A stretch of DNA of 64,000 nt from an uncultured Sneathiella sp. (lineage in GTDB: Bacteria; Pseudomonadota; Alphaproteobacteria; Sneathiellales; Sneathiellaceae), in the NCBI RefSeq assembly GCF_963973085.1, contig NZ_CAXAXA010000005.1, positions 224 through 64,223 of the forward strand, read 5' to 3'. Positions 30,062 through 42,779 of the stretch are shown in pieces. Every line of letters begins with the position of its first letter. The stretch's first letter is position 1. The translations under genes were made by a program, and so were the position numbers. Under the pieces are notes generated by a model. The model made no database searches, had not been told where the DNA came from, and worked only from the letters and a program-made list of their open reading frames with translations.

Positions 30062-31465
30062 CTAGATGTGGATCACCTTGCCATAGGCGTCAAGCACGGA
30101 TTCATGCATGGCCTCCGATATTGTTGGGTGCGGGAAGACCGTATGCATCAGGTCAAGCTCGGTCGCTTCCAGTGTTTTCGCGATGTCGAACCCCTGAATG
30201 AGTTCGGTCACTTCCGCGCCGATCATATGGGCGCCCAGCAATTCTCCCGTTTTGGCATCGAATACCGTCTTGACCAGACCTTCCGGCTCGCCGAGCGCTA
30301 TTGCCTTGCCGTTTCCAATGAAAGGAAAGCGGCCGACCTTGACGTCATAGCCCTTTTCTTTCGCCGCCGCTTCCGTCATGCCGACGGAGGCAACCTGCGG
30401 ATTGCAATAGGTGCAACCCGGTATATTTGACGTATTTAGCGGATGCACATCCTTCTCGCCGGCAATTTTCTCAACGCAGATTACCCCTTCATGGGAGGCC
30501 TTGTGCGCGAGCCAGGGTGGACCGGTCAAATCGCCAATAGCATAAACGCCGGGCTCCCCGGTGCGCGAAAATTCATCCACTACGACATGAGTTTTCTCGA
30601 CTTTCACCTTTGAATCTTCGAGGCCGATGTTCTCGACATTGCCGACAATACCGACGGCGAGGATGACGCGATCGAATGTATCCGTCGAGCTTTTGTCCTT
30701 CTTGTCCTTGAAGGTGGCCGTGACTTTGCCTCCAGACTTCTTCAATTCGGAGACTGTCGTTCCCTTGTGGATGGTCATGCCCTGTTTCTTGAAGGCTTTC
30801 TCCGCAAGGGAGGAAATCTCGGCGTCTTCCACCGGCAGGATGCGATCCATCACCTCGACAACGGTAACTTCGGATCCGAGGGCATTGAAAAAGCTCGCAA
30901 ATTCGATCCCAATCGCGCCGGAGCCGACAACCAGCAGCTTCTTCGGCATAACATCCGGCACCAATGCTTCCTTATAAGTCCAGATCAGCTTGCCATCCGG
31001 TTCAAGCCCCGGCAATGTCCTGGCCCGCGCGCCGGTCGCGAGAATGATATGCTTGGCATCCACCGTTATGACGACTTTATCATCCTTGGTCACTTCGAGC
31101 TTTCCGCCGCCTTTCAGCTTACCATGCCCATCGATGACCGTGACCTTATGCTTCTTCAGAAGATGCTTGACCCCACCGGAAAGCTGACCGGCCACCTGAC
31201 GGGACCGGTCCACGGTTTTCTTGAGATCGACGGAGGCGCCCTCGACCTTGATGCCGAATGTTTCCGCATGCTTGATCAGGGTATAGACATCAGCGGTCCG
31301 CAGAAGCGCCTTTGTGGGAATACAACCCCAGTTCAGGCAGATGCCGCCGAGGTGTTCCCGCTCGACAACCGCGGTTTTTAGCCCAAGCTGCGCCGCACGA
31401 ATTGCCGCCACATATCCGCCAGGGCCGGACCCGACAACGACCAGGTCAAATTTCGTCTCGCTCAT
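30062..31465 (-). CDS. lpdA: Dihydrolipoyl dehydrogenase (E3)
   Basis: FAD motif GSGPGGYVAAIRAAQLG and redox disulfide GGICLNWGCIPTK. Confidence 0.95.
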   Translation of the reverse strand: MSETKFDLVVVGSGPGGYVAAIRAAQLGLKTAVVEREHLGGICLNWGCIPTKALLRTADVYTLIKHAETFGIKVEGASVDLKKTVDRSRQVAGQLSGGVKHLLKKHKVTVIDGHGKLKGGGKLEVTKDDKVVITVDAKHIILATGARARTLPGLEPDGKLIWTYKEALVPDVMPKKLLVVGSGAIGIEFASFFNALGSEVTVVEVMDRILPVEDAEISSLAEKAFKKQGMTIHKGTTVSELKKSGGKVTATFKDKKDKSSTDTFDRVILAVGIVGNVENIGLEDSKVKVEKTHVVVDEFSRTGEPGVYAIGDLTGPPWLAHKASHEGVICVEKIAGEKDVHPLNTSNIPGCTYCNPQVASVGMTEAAAKEKGYDVKVGRFPFIGNGKAIALGEPEGLVKTVFDAKTGELLGAHMIGAEVTELIQGFDIAKTLEATELDLMHTVFPHPTISEAMHESVLDAYGKVIHI

Positions 31466-31475
31466 ATCCGGCTCC

Positions 31476-32810
31476 TCACAGCATCATGGTCAGGGGCTCT
31501 TCAATATACCCCTTGAAATATTTAAGTAATTCCGCCCCCATGGCGCCATCAATGACGCGATGATCGCAAGAGAGTGTCACGCTCATCATCGTCGCCATGG
31601 CAAGCGCTCCGTCTTTTACAACCGGGCGTAATTCTCCGGCCCCAACCGCAAGAATTGCTGATTGCGGCGGATTGATTACAGCAGAAAATTCCTTGATCCC
31701 GTACATACCGAGATTGGAAATCGAGAAACAGCCGCCCTGATATTCCTCCGGCATCAGCTTGCCTGCTTTTGCCTTGCCCGCAAGTTCCTTCATTTCGTTG
31801 GAAATCCCGGCGAGACCTTTCTGGTCGGCATGGCGGACAACCGGCGTGATCAAACCGCCGTCAATCGCCACGGCAACGGAAATATCAAAGTCCTTATACT
31901 GAAGAATCTTGTCGCCGCCCCAGATGGCATTGGCCGAAGGCAGTTTCTTGAGCGCAAGCGCAGACGCCCGGATGACGAAGTCATTGACCGAGATCTTATA
32001 CTCATCAGACCGGCCATTCAGTTCCTTGCGCATCGCCAGCAGATTTTCGAGCTCGCATTCAATGGTCAGATAGAAATGCGGGATCGTCTGCTTGGCCTCG
32101 CTCAGCCGCCGGGCAATTGTCTTGCGCATACTGGAGAGCGGAATTTCTTCATAATTCCCTTCCGGTGGCGGTGTTGTTGCCTGCGGCTGTGAGGCAGGTG
32201 CGGAAGCAGCCGCCTTGGGTGCCTCCTTGTCTGCCTTGGCCGTTCCCGAGGCAATTGCCTTTTCTACGTCCGCCTTGACGATCCGGCCATGCGGTCCGGT
32301 TCCTTTGATTGCTTTGAGGTCAAGCCCTTCATTCGCCGCTATCCGGCGAGCGAGTGGGCTTGAAAAGATGCGCTCCCCTTTCTTTGAGACCGGGGCCGGG
32401 CCACTGCTACCCTTGACTTCCGGCGCGGCTTCATCCGTCGCCGGTTCGGATTTATCTTCGCCAGCCTTCTTCTTTGGCGCTTCTTCCTTTTCGGGTTCGT
32501 CCGATGCCTCCTTCTCCGGCGCCGGTGCCGATCCTGCATCGAAGTCGTCAAGGGCGGATTCATCCTCCCCCTCTTCCAGCAGGATTGCGATCGGCGTATT
32601 CACGGCAACATTTTCGGTGCCGCCCTCAATCAGGATCTTGGCGAGCGTTCCTTCGTCCACCGCCTCGACTTCCATGGTCGCCTTGTCAGTTTCAATCTCA
32701 GCCAACACGTCCCCGGAGGAGACAGTATCGCCCTCTTTCATTTGCCAGTTGGCCAGCGTCCCTTCGGTCATCGTCGGTGAGAGGGCTGGCATGGTGATGG
32801 TAATTGGCAT
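31476..32810 (-). CDS. pdhC: Pyruvate dehydrogenase E2 (dihydrolipoyllysine acetyltransferase)
   Basis: Lipoyl domain [13 protein letters not shown], a subunit-binding domain and the catalytic DHRVIDGA. Confidence 0.93.
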   Translation of the reverse strand: MPITITMPALSPTMTEGTLANWQMKEGDTVSSGDVLAEIETDKATMEVEAVDEGTLAKILIEGGTENVAVNTPIAILLEEGEDESALDDFDAGSAPAPEKEASDEPEKEEAPKKKAGEDKSEPATDEAAPEVKGSSGPAPVSKKGERIFSSPLARRIAANEGLDLKAIKGTGPHGRIVKADVEKAIASGTAKADKEAPKAAASAPASQPQATTPPPEGNYEEIPLSSMRKTIARRLSEAKQTIPHFYLTIECELENLLAMRKELNGRSDEYKISVNDFVIRASALALKKLPSANAIWGGDKILQYKDFDISVAVAIDGGLITPVVRHADQKGLAGISNEMKELAGKAKAGKLMPEEYQGGCFSISNLGMYGIKEFSAVINPPQSAILAVGAGELRPVVKDGALAMATMMSVTLSCDHRVIDGAMGAELLKYFKGYIEEPLTMML

Positions 32811-32821
32811 TTTCGCCCCCT

Positions 32822-34243
32822 TTAATCGCGATAACAGACAGATTTAGCCGCCGCCACAACCTCATCGGCATGCGGAAGCGCCAGTTTTTCAAGATTGGCG
32901 GCATAGGGCATCGGCACATCTTTTCCCGACACGCGAAGAACCGGCGCATCAAGATAGTCGAACGCGTGATGCATGATCTGCGCCGTGATTTCCGCGCCAA
33001 CGCCACTCTGTGGCCAGCCTTCCTCAACCGTGACACACCGGTTCGTCTTGCGAACCGAGGCCAGCACGGTGTCCATATCCATCGGCCGGATGGTGCGAAG
33101 GTCGATCACCTCGGCCGAGATATCCTCCTCAGCGAGCTTGTCCGCTGCCTCCAGCGAATACCGCATTCCCATGCCAAAGGAGACAATAGTCACATCGTCA
33201 CCGGAGCGTTCAATCTTCGCCTTGCCGATGGGCAAAACAAAATCATCCATCACCGGCACCTCGAAACTCTGTCCGTAGAGAATTTCATTCTCCAAGAAAA
33301 TCACCGGGTTCGGATTGCGGATGGCGGCCTTCAGGAGACCCTTGGCATCCGCCGCCGTATGCGGCGCAATCACAATCAGCCCCGGCACATGGGAATACCA
33401 GGACGCATAGCATTGGGAATGCTGCGCCGCCACGCGAGATGCCGCCCCATTGGGGCCACGGAACACGATCGGGCTTCCCATCTGTCCGCCCGACATATAG
33501 CGGGTCTTGGCGGCGGAATTGACAATCTGGTCAATGGCTTGCATGGCAAAGTTAAATGTCATGAACTCAACGATGGGCCGCAGCCCATGAAAGGCCGCGC
33601 CGACACCGACACCGGCGAAACCATGCTCGGTAATCGGGGTATCAATCACGCGGCGCGCGCCGAATTCATCGAGCAACCCTTGCGTCACCTTGTAGGCGCC
33701 CTGATATTCGGCGACTTCCTCACCCATGACGAAAACACGCTCATCCTCACGCATTTCCTCCGCCATGGCATCGCGAAGCGCTTCACGGACCGTCATCTTG
33801 GTCATCTCGGTGCCTTCCGGGATTTCCCCGCTGGCATCATAGGCGTCCGGCGTTTTCGAACCCCCGCGTGAGGCCGGAGACGGAGCACGCTCCTCTTCTT
33901 CCTTCCCGTCGCTATCCTCCTCCGTTTCCTCCTCGTCAGATGATTTGGACGCAGAGGACGGGGCACTGGGAGTGAAATCATCAAGATCGCTTTCATCCTC
34001 CCCTTCTTCGAGGAGAACCGCAATCGGGGTATTGACGGCAACATTCTCCGTCTCTCCCTCGATCAGGATCTTGCCGATTTTTCCCTCATCGACCGCTTCC
34101 ACTTCCATGGTCGCCTTGTCGGTCTCGATCTCGGCCAGCACGTCCCCGGAACTAACCGTGTCGCCCTCCTTAACCATCCAGCGGGCCAGTTTGCCCTCGG
34201 TCATCGTCGGCGATAGCGCGGGCATCAAAATTTCTGTTGGCAT
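32822..34243 (-). CDS. pdhB: Pyruvate dehydrogenase E1 beta subunit with N-terminal lipoyl domain
   Basis: Residues 1-90 form a lipoyl domain ([13 protein letters not shown]). The rest is the transketolase-like beta subunit ([18 protein letters not shown]). Confidence 0.93.
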   Translation of the reverse strand: MPTEILMPALSPTMTEGKLARWMVKEGDTVSSGDVLAEIETDKATMEVEAVDEGKIGKILIEGETENVAVNTPIAVLLEEGEDESDLDDFTPSAPSSASKSSDEEETEEDSDGKEEEERAPSPASRGGSKTPDAYDASGEIPEGTEMTKMTVREALRDAMAEEMREDERVFVMGEEVAEYQGAYKVTQGLLDEFGARRVIDTPITEHGFAGVGVGAAFHGLRPIVEFMTFNFAMQAIDQIVNSAAKTRYMSGGQMGSPIVFRGPNGAASRVAAQHSQCYASWYSHVPGLIVIAPHTAADAKGLLKAAIRNPNPVIFLENEILYGQSFEVPVMDDFVLPIGKAKIERSGDDVTIVSFGMGMRYSLEAADKLAEEDISAEVIDLRTIRPMDMDTVLASVRKTNRCVTVEEGWPQSGVGAEITAQIMHHAFDYLDAPVLRVSGKDVPMPYAANLEKLALPHADEVVAAAKSVCYRD

Positions 34244-34273
34244 TTATCTCGTCCTTCCCAACCTGATCGGCAC

Positions 34274-35308
34274 TTATGCCAAAACATCCGTGTAAAGCTC
34301 TTCCGGTTTCGGTTCCGGACTGTCCTGGGCAAATTCGACAGCATCAGCGATAATTGCCTTGATCTCGCGGTCGATTTCCTTGAGCTCATCTTCGGTGTGG
34401 ATTTTGTCATCGAGAATGGTCTGGCGCAGGTGATCTATCGGATCATGTTCCGCGCGTTTCTTGTTGACCTCCTCTTTCGAGCGATATTTCGCCGGATCAG
34501 ACATGGAATGTCCGCGATAACGGTAGGTTTTCATTTCAAGAATATAAGGCCCCTTTCCGGAACGAACCCAGTCGACGGCTTTCTTTCCTGCCTCAGCGAC
34601 GGCGAAAACATCCATGCCATCAACCTGTTCGCCGGGAACATTAAAGCTATCACCGCGCTTATAGAGCTCTGTCTGCGCGGAAGACCGCTTGACCGATGTT
34701 CCCATGGCATATTCGTTATTTTCAATGACATATACCACCGGCAGGTTCCAAAGTTCCGCCATATTGAAGCTCTCATAGACCTGGCCCTGGTTGACCGTGC
34801 CATCGCCCATATAGCAGAGGGTGATTTCTTTCGTGCCCTGGTATTTCTGGCTGAACGCGAGCCCGGTCCCGAGCGGCACACAGGCGCCGACGATACCGTG
34901 GCCGCCATAAAAGTTCTTTTCCTTGCTGAACATATGCATGGAGCCGCCCTTTCCTTTGGAATAGCCGCCCTCGCGTCCGGTAAGCTCGGCCATGACGCCT
35001 TTCGGATCCATGCCGCAGGCCAGCATATGGCCGTGATCGCGATAAGAGGTAATGACCGCGTCATCATCCGTGATCGCCGACTTCATACCGACGACAACGG
35101 CCTCCTGCCCAATATACAAGTGGCAAAAGCCGCCAATCAGGCCCATGCCATAGATCTGTCCGGCCTTCTCTTCGAACCGGCGGATCAGAAGCATGTCCCA
35201 GTAAAACTTCTCAATGACCTCTTTTGAGAATTTCGGCTTGGCCTTGCGGGCACCTGTGCTCGACTTCTTGGTCGCAGGCGCAGGCTTCTTCGCAGCTTGA
35301 CGTGCCAT
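34274..35308 (-). CDS. pdhA: Pyruvate dehydrogenase E1 alpha subunit
   Basis: TPP motif GDGTVNQGQVYESFNMAELWNLPVVYVIENNEYAMGT. The ORF opens at 35374; the ATG at 35308 is preferred because a GGGAGA Shine-Dalgarno lies about 5 nt upstream. Confidence 0.92.
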   Translation of the reverse strand: MARQAAKKPAPATKKSSTGARKAKPKFSKEVIEKFYWDMLLIRRFEEKAGQIYGMGLIGGFCHLYIGQEAVVVGMKSAITDDDAVITSYRDHGHMLACGMDPKGVMAELTGREGGYSKGKGGSMHMFSKEKNFYGGHGIVGACVPLGTGLAFSQKYQGTKEITLCYMGDGTVNQGQVYESFNMAELWNLPVVYVIENNEYAMGTSVKRSSAQTELYKRGDSFNVPGEQVDGMDVFAVAEAGKKAVDWVRSGKGPYILEMKTYRYRGHSMSDPAKYRSKEEVNKKRAEHDPIDHLRQTILDDKIHTEDELKEIDREIKAIIADAVEFAQDSPEPKPEELYTDVLA

Positions 35309-35430
35309 GGTGTCTCCCATTGATGTGGGCATCGAAGGTATCCCTGCCCTGTCCGATGCGCGTTGTGACTGCATCAGAATGTGTATGAACAGGTCGACTT
35401 AGACAAGCTGTATTTATAGATTAACTTTAT

Positions 35431-35540
35431 ATCAGTTAATATTTTAGAAAATTACTTCGCACATGCAAAATAAACCGAAAATCAGTTAATATTTTCAGGC
35501 GCACGAAATGCAAAATTTCAACTGAACGCACGCAATAAAC
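35431..35540. repeat. Direct repeats in the AT-rich tract upstream of pdhA
   Basis: A perfect 15-mer ATCAGTTAATATTTT occurs at 35431-35445 and 35481-35495, exactly 50 bp apart. There are also three CGCAC..GCAA(A)ATAAAC-like copies starting at 35458, 35500 and 35527. Confidence 0.6.
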
Positions 35541-35598
35541 AATAATAATAATAAATATAAAACGGGATATAAAAAAAACAAAACAGACTATCGCCTGA

Positions 35599-35910
35599 CT
35601 ATTTTCTGTAAATGACGATCTCGTCAGGGTGAGCAAGCCCTAAAACGTCACGACTGCGCTCTTCCAGCATATCGACATCGAGATTCTCCGGTCGCAGCAA
35701 GGCAACCCGCTTTTCAAGCGCCTGTTTCTCGTTCTCGGTAAGCTGGTAAATGGCTTCCGCCCGGTCAATCGCATGCTGAAGTTTCAGATAGGCGAAAAGG
35801 CCCCGATCCCCTTCAACAAGATGATAGCTGAAATAGGCAACAGCAAGTATTCCCAGTATGGGTCCGGCTCCGGCTTTCGCGCGCTTGCGTATTTCATGGC
35901 TGACGTTCAT
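35599..35910 (-). CDS. FtsB/septum-formation-initiator family protein
   Basis: Single N-terminal TM segment (ILGILAVAYFSYHLV) followed by a coiled coil. Conserved position between pdhA and eno. Confidence 0.8.
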   Translation of the reverse strand: MNVSHEIRKRAKAGAGPILGILAVAYFSYHLVEGDRGLFAYLKLQHAIDRAEAIYQLTENEKQALEKRVALLRPENLDVDMLEERSRDVLGLAHPDEIVIYRK

Positions 35911-36025
35911 GAAGTGAGTGAATCAAATAGCGGAGTCGAGGTCAACCGTTAAATTGCCCTCCGGACAATTTAGTTGCGAAAAACATCATAATAGACTGAA
36001 ATTGCGGAAATTAGGGACGATACCC

Positions 36026-36526
36026 TCAAGTATATTTCCCCTCGGCGAAAAGCTTACCCTCTTTCTCCCGCCGTTCCTTTAGGACGGGCGAGACCTCTTT
36101 ACCACTACCGAGATGGGTCCAACGCGCAATATCGGCTAACGCGCCTTTTTTATCCCCCGCATAAATCCATCGATCTAGTTCCGCTGGAACAGCGTTATAA
36201 TCGCTTTCATTCAGCTTTTTGAGTAATGTTGACGATTTAAAAGCTTCCTCCCCGACATTGTAGGTAAAGGATACCAAAGCGTCGAACTGGCTCTGCTTGA
36301 GATCAACTTTCACCGCATTATTGACCGTATCCACCGCCCATTTCACATCTTCCGTGAAATAGCTGTTCGCCTGGGCCTGGGTGATCGTCTCTCCGACCTT
36401 TACATCACCCGTATGGCCATAACCGATGGTCATGACCCCTGTTCCGTCATCATAGGCGGTTAGCCGTTCCCCCTCGAAATGCTTAATGAAATTTGCGCCC
36501 TGCGAAGAGAGTTCATGCGTCATCAT
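36026..36526 (-). CDS. GH24 phage-type lysozyme (muramidase) with no signal peptide
   Basis: Motifs IKHFEGERLTAYDDGTGVMTIGYGHT and QSQFDALVSFTYNVGEEAFKSSTLLKKLN. A strong GGAGG Shine-Dalgarno lies upstream. The N-terminus is hydrophilic. Confidence 0.88.
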   Translation of the reverse strand: MMTHELSSQGANFIKHFEGERLTAYDDGTGVMTIGYGHTGDVKVGETITQAQANSYFTEDVKWAVDTVNNAVKVDLKQSQFDALVSFTYNVGEEAFKSSTLLKKLNESDYNAVPAELDRWIYAGDKKGALADIARWTHLGSGKEVSPVLKERREKEGKLFAEGKYT

Positions 36527-36546
36527 CAGCCTCCAAATATCAAAGT

Positions 36547-36582
36547 TTTAAATATCTATATTAGATAGCTTTAAATATCTAT
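36547..36582. promoter_or_regulatory. Direct repeat plus palindrome just upstream of the lysozyme gene (candidate operator)
   Basis: TTTAAATATCTAT occurs at 36547-36559 and 36570-36582. The perfect palindrome TATCTA-TAT-TAGATA lies at 36553-36567. Confidence 0.35.
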
Positions 36583-36719
36583 TTTTCAATTTTGAATTGT
36601 AAAATAGAACAGGCACATACCATTGCCCGTTCCGCGTCGAAACGGGGCGCATGGCATACATAGTGGTCCTGCGTGGTTTTCGCGATATCCGCCGGTAAAA
36701 GCTATCCGGTGGCTGACTT

Positions 36720-38018
<1,299 letters not shown>

Positions 38019-38852
38019 TTAGAGATTTTTGGCAAGAGTATCGAATTTTTTCAGTGTGGTAAGCAGGGCCTCCATCTGGTCGATGGGTACCATATTTGGT
38101 CCGTCGGAGGGTGCGTTATCCGGGTCCTGGTGGGTTTCCATGAAAACCATGGCAACGCCGACGGAGACAGCGGCCCGCGCCAGCACCGGCACGAATTCCC
38201 GCTGGCCGCCCGATGTCGTGCCCTGCCCGCCCGGCTGCTGCACGGAATGGGTCGCATCAAAAACAATAGGTTGACCGGTCTGTTCTGCCATAATGGCAAG
38301 GCTGCGCATGTCCGTGACAAGTGTGTTATAGCCGAAGCTCGCGCCGCGTTCCGTCAGCAAGATCCGGTTGTTCCCGGCGCTGATCAACTTGTTCGCAACA
38401 TTCTTCATATCCCATGGGGCCAGGAACTGACCCTTTTTGACATTGATCACTTTGCCGGTTTTTGCGGCAGCAACAAGAAGATCCGTCTGGCGACACAGAA
38501 AGGCCGGTATCTGCAGAACATCCACCGCATCGCCCAAGGCCGCACAATGTTCCGGCAGATGCACATCCGTCAGCACGGGAATGCCGAATTCACTGCGAAT
38601 TCTTTCAAAGACCGGGATCGCGCCTTCGAGGCCAAGGCCGCGCTCCGCCGTATGCGATGTGCGGTTCGCCTTGTCAAAGGAGGTTTTGTAAACCAATGGG
38701 ATGCCGAGTTTCTGTGTCATCTCATGCAGGCGGCCCGCCATATCCATCGCATGGATCATGCTTTCCATCTGGCATGGTCCCGCGATCAGGGCGATGGGTA
38801 AATCGTTGCCAACGGTAAAGTCGCCAATCTGGACGTGATGGGTTTCAGTCAT
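38019..38852 (-). CDS. kdsA: 3-deoxy-8-phosphooctulonate synthase
   Basis: Motifs [19 protein letters not shown] and REF. Confidence 0.93.
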   Translation of the reverse strand: MTETHHVQIGDFTVGNDLPIALIAGPCQMESMIHAMDMAGRLHEMTQKLGIPLVYKTSFDKANRTSHTAERGLGLEGAIPVFERIRSEFGIPVLTDVHLPEHCAALGDAVDVLQIPAFLCRQTDLLVAAAKTGKVINVKKGQFLAPWDMKNVANKLISAGNNRILLTERGASFGYNTLVTDMRSLAIMAEQTGQPIVFDATHSVQQPGGQGTTSGGQREFVPVLARAAVSVGVAMVFMETHQDPDNAPSDGPNMVPIDQMEALLTTLKKFDTLAKNL

Positions 38853-38854
38853 GT

Positions 38855-40495
<1,641 letters not shown>

Positions 40496-40525
40496 TTATA
40501 ACCAATTCTTTATTCGCCGTGAAGT

Positions 40526-40555
40526 AAAAGAGGCGGCTTTTACGCCGCCTCCGAT
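40526..40555 (-). terminator. Rho-independent terminator downstream of secG (hairpin flanked by T runs on both strands)
   Basis: GAGGCGGC (40530-40537) pairs with GCCGCCTC (40544-40551) across a 6-nt loop. AAAA at 40526-40529 gives a TTTT tail on the minus strand. Confidence 0.6.
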
Positions 40556-40575
40556 ATTTTTTGTAAAATGTCCGA

Positions 40576-40917
40576 TTATTCGGACAATGGAGCCGAGGGC
40601 TCAGCCGGGGCCGCCGGGACGGCGGGCGCCGTGCTTTCCGGCGCGTCCGTGGTTGTCGCGGGGACATCGAGAATGGACGTCGGCTCTGAATGCGTACCGC
40701 TCACGATCGCGAGCAGGACACTTGTCAGCATAAAGCCAGCCGCGAGGACGGCTGTCGTCCGGGTCAGCAGGTTGGCAGCTCCGCGGCTGCTCATCGCGCC
40801 GCCTCCGCCGCCACCGCCGCCGATACCCAGTGCACCGCCTTCGGACCGTTGCAACAAGACTACCCCGACCAAAACGATCGCGATCATAACATGAATGACC
40901 AGCAGGACAGTTTCCAT
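40576..40917 (-). CDS. secG: Preprotein translocase subunit SecG
   Basis: Two TM segments with LLQRSEGGALG between them, a Gly-rich loop and the typical length. Confidence 0.88.
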   Translation of the reverse strand: METVLLVIHVMIAIVLVGVVLLQRSEGGALGIGGGGGGGGAMSSRGAANLLTRTTAVLAAGFMLTSVLLAIVSGTHSEPTSILDVPATTTDAPESTAPAVPAAPAEPSAPLSE

Positions 40918-41046
40918 ACTTCTAAAATCCCGATATTCCGGCGGCCCTCGCCGCCCGTTTCATCAACAATTGCTGGGCTTCTACACGAAACTCAACCAGA
41001 TTACCAGAGACTAGTTACGCGTACTCATCAGAAAGGAACAAGAGCC

Positions 41047-41736
41047 CTACTCCTTTATGCCGCGAATCCGCATGACCGCTTCCTGGAAGGATGGCTGCCT
41101 CAATATGACGTCCGCATAGGCATTGCCCAGCAACTGACCCGAAATGATGTCCATCGGATAATGTACGCCGGCAGTAACGCGCCCATAACCAATCTGTCTG
41201 GCTAACTCCGATAGTTCCGCTTCACGCTCCGGAAAAATATATGCCAGCAGGCGCGCATAGACTGTTGCCCGTATGGCGTGCCCGCTTGGATAGGAGGCGA
41301 CAGGCCGTGCATCGCCAACTGGAGTCACTGCATCGCTGACCTGAAAGGGACGCGGATAATCATACCTGCCCTTGACCGCATCATAGTCCTGCCTTACCTG
41401 ATCGATGGCCTTATCCAGCGTTTCTTCAAGCGCGACCCGATCAACACTATCGAGATCATGCCCCAGAATTGGTGCGAACCGGTCGAAATTCAGAGGCTTT
41501 TCAACAAAGGCAACCTCTTCCGGCGTGCGAATCTTCTGCATCCACATCACGACAGCCATCTGCTGATTGAATTCCGGCGACCCTAATTCCGGCGGAGCGC
41601 CGATCAAAGATTCCGCCTTGACTTCACCATCTGGCAGAAACTTATTGTTCTCCGTATTCTTTGGCGTCATCCCGCTTACGAAAATTGCGATGACAAGAAG
41701 AGGTGCTATAGCCGTAATCCGACTGAAAATCTTCAT
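41047..41736 (-). CDS. PAP2-superfamily (class A acid phosphatase-like) secreted phosphatase
   Basis: Signal-like N-terminus. Motifs YDYPRPF, PSGHA and GRVTAGVHYPMD. Confidence 0.82.
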   Translation of the reverse strand: MKIFSRITAIAPLLVIAIFVSGMTPKNTENNKFLPDGEVKAESLIGAPPELGSPEFNQQMAVVMWMQKIRTPEEVAFVEKPLNFDRFAPILGHDLDSVDRVALEETLDKAIDQVRQDYDAVKGRYDYPRPFQVSDAVTPVGDARPVASYPSGHAIRATVYARLLAYIFPEREAELSELARQIGYGRVTAGVHYPMDIISGQLLGNAYADVILRQPSFQEAVMRIRGIKE

Positions 41737-41816
41737 TCTCTGATTCCCCTTGGGTTATAGCAGGACCAGTGACATGTAGTATTGAACAGATTGAATTCAA
41801 TCCAGACGGTTGAATC

Positions 41817-42575
41817 TCAAATACAGGTACTCACGATCGGCCAGAAATCAACCGCCTTCAAACTCGCGCCGCCGACCAATGCTCCATCGACATTTTCAAC
41901 CGCCATCAGTTCCGCCGCATTGCTGCCCTTGACCGACCCGCCATAAAGCACACGGACAGAATCCGAATCGCCCATCATCGATCCCAGTTCCTTGCGGATA
42001 TGGGCGTGAACGTCGGCAACATTCTCCGGCGTCGGTGTCTTGCCCGTGCCGATTGCCCAAACCGGCTCATAGGCAATGACGGTATTGCTTGCCGTTGCAC
42101 CGCCGGGCAGGGAATTCCGGACCTGGTCACTGATAACGTCGAGGGTCTTGTCCCCTTCCCGCTCAACCAGGGTTTCGCCGACACAGACAATGGCAATCAG
42201 GCCAGCGCGCAAGGCCGCCTCCGCCTTCGCTTTTACTACCGCATTGCTCTCACCGTGATCGGCGCGGCGTTCGGAGTGACCGACAATGCAATATTCCGCG
42301 CCGGCATCCTTCAGCATTTCAGCGGAGATGTCGCCGGTATGGGCGCCACTCTCATTTGCGTGACAATTCTGACCGCCAATTTTGACGGCGCTTCCCTCCG
42401 CAAGGGACACCATTTCATAAAGCAGGGTGGCAGGCGGGCAGATCAGTATATCGCACTTCGGGTCAGGATGGTCACCCGCGCGCTTTACAAGTTCCTGCAA
42501 TTCCGGTGTGGCGGACCCCACCAGACCATTCATTTTCCAGTTCCCGGCAATCAACGGGCGTCTTTGCTTTGACAT
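41817..42575 (-). CDS. tpiA: Triosephosphate isomerase
   Basis: Motifs [16 protein letters not shown] and [11 protein letters not shown]. Confidence 0.96.
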   Translation of the reverse strand: MSKQRRPLIAGNWKMNGLVGSATPELQELVKRAGDHPDPKCDILICPPATLLYEMVSLAEGSAVKIGGQNCHANESGAHTGDISAEMLKDAGAEYCIVGHSERRADHGESNAVVKAKAEAALRAGLIAIVCVGETLVEREGDKTLDVISDQVRNSLPGGATASNTVIAYEPVWAIGTGKTPTPENVADVHAHIRKELGSMMGDSDSVRVLYGGSVKGSNAAELMAVENVDGALVGGASLKAVDFWPIVSTCI

Positions 42576-42779
42576 CTATTTTCCTCGAAACATGAAACAT
42601 ATAGGGGTAATTATTGCATTTTCACGATCATATGCCATTTTTTATCCAAGAAAGATACCGCTTTGCAAAATTCCATGTTGCCCCGCCCCGCCCCGTCCCT
42701 ATAATCTGGCGCGCTGTGCCGGAGGTGCGGCCTTGGATATGTAATTTTTAATTCGAACTGGTTTTGGTAGACAACAAAT

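Noticed and set aside
35436-35636. A 66-aa ORF in the AT-rich tract upstream of pdhA
   Set aside because: The translation is Phe/Ile/Asn-rich and low-complexity, in DNA of about one-quarter GC. It overlaps the ftsB 3' end and has no start context. It is treated as non-coding repeat DNA.
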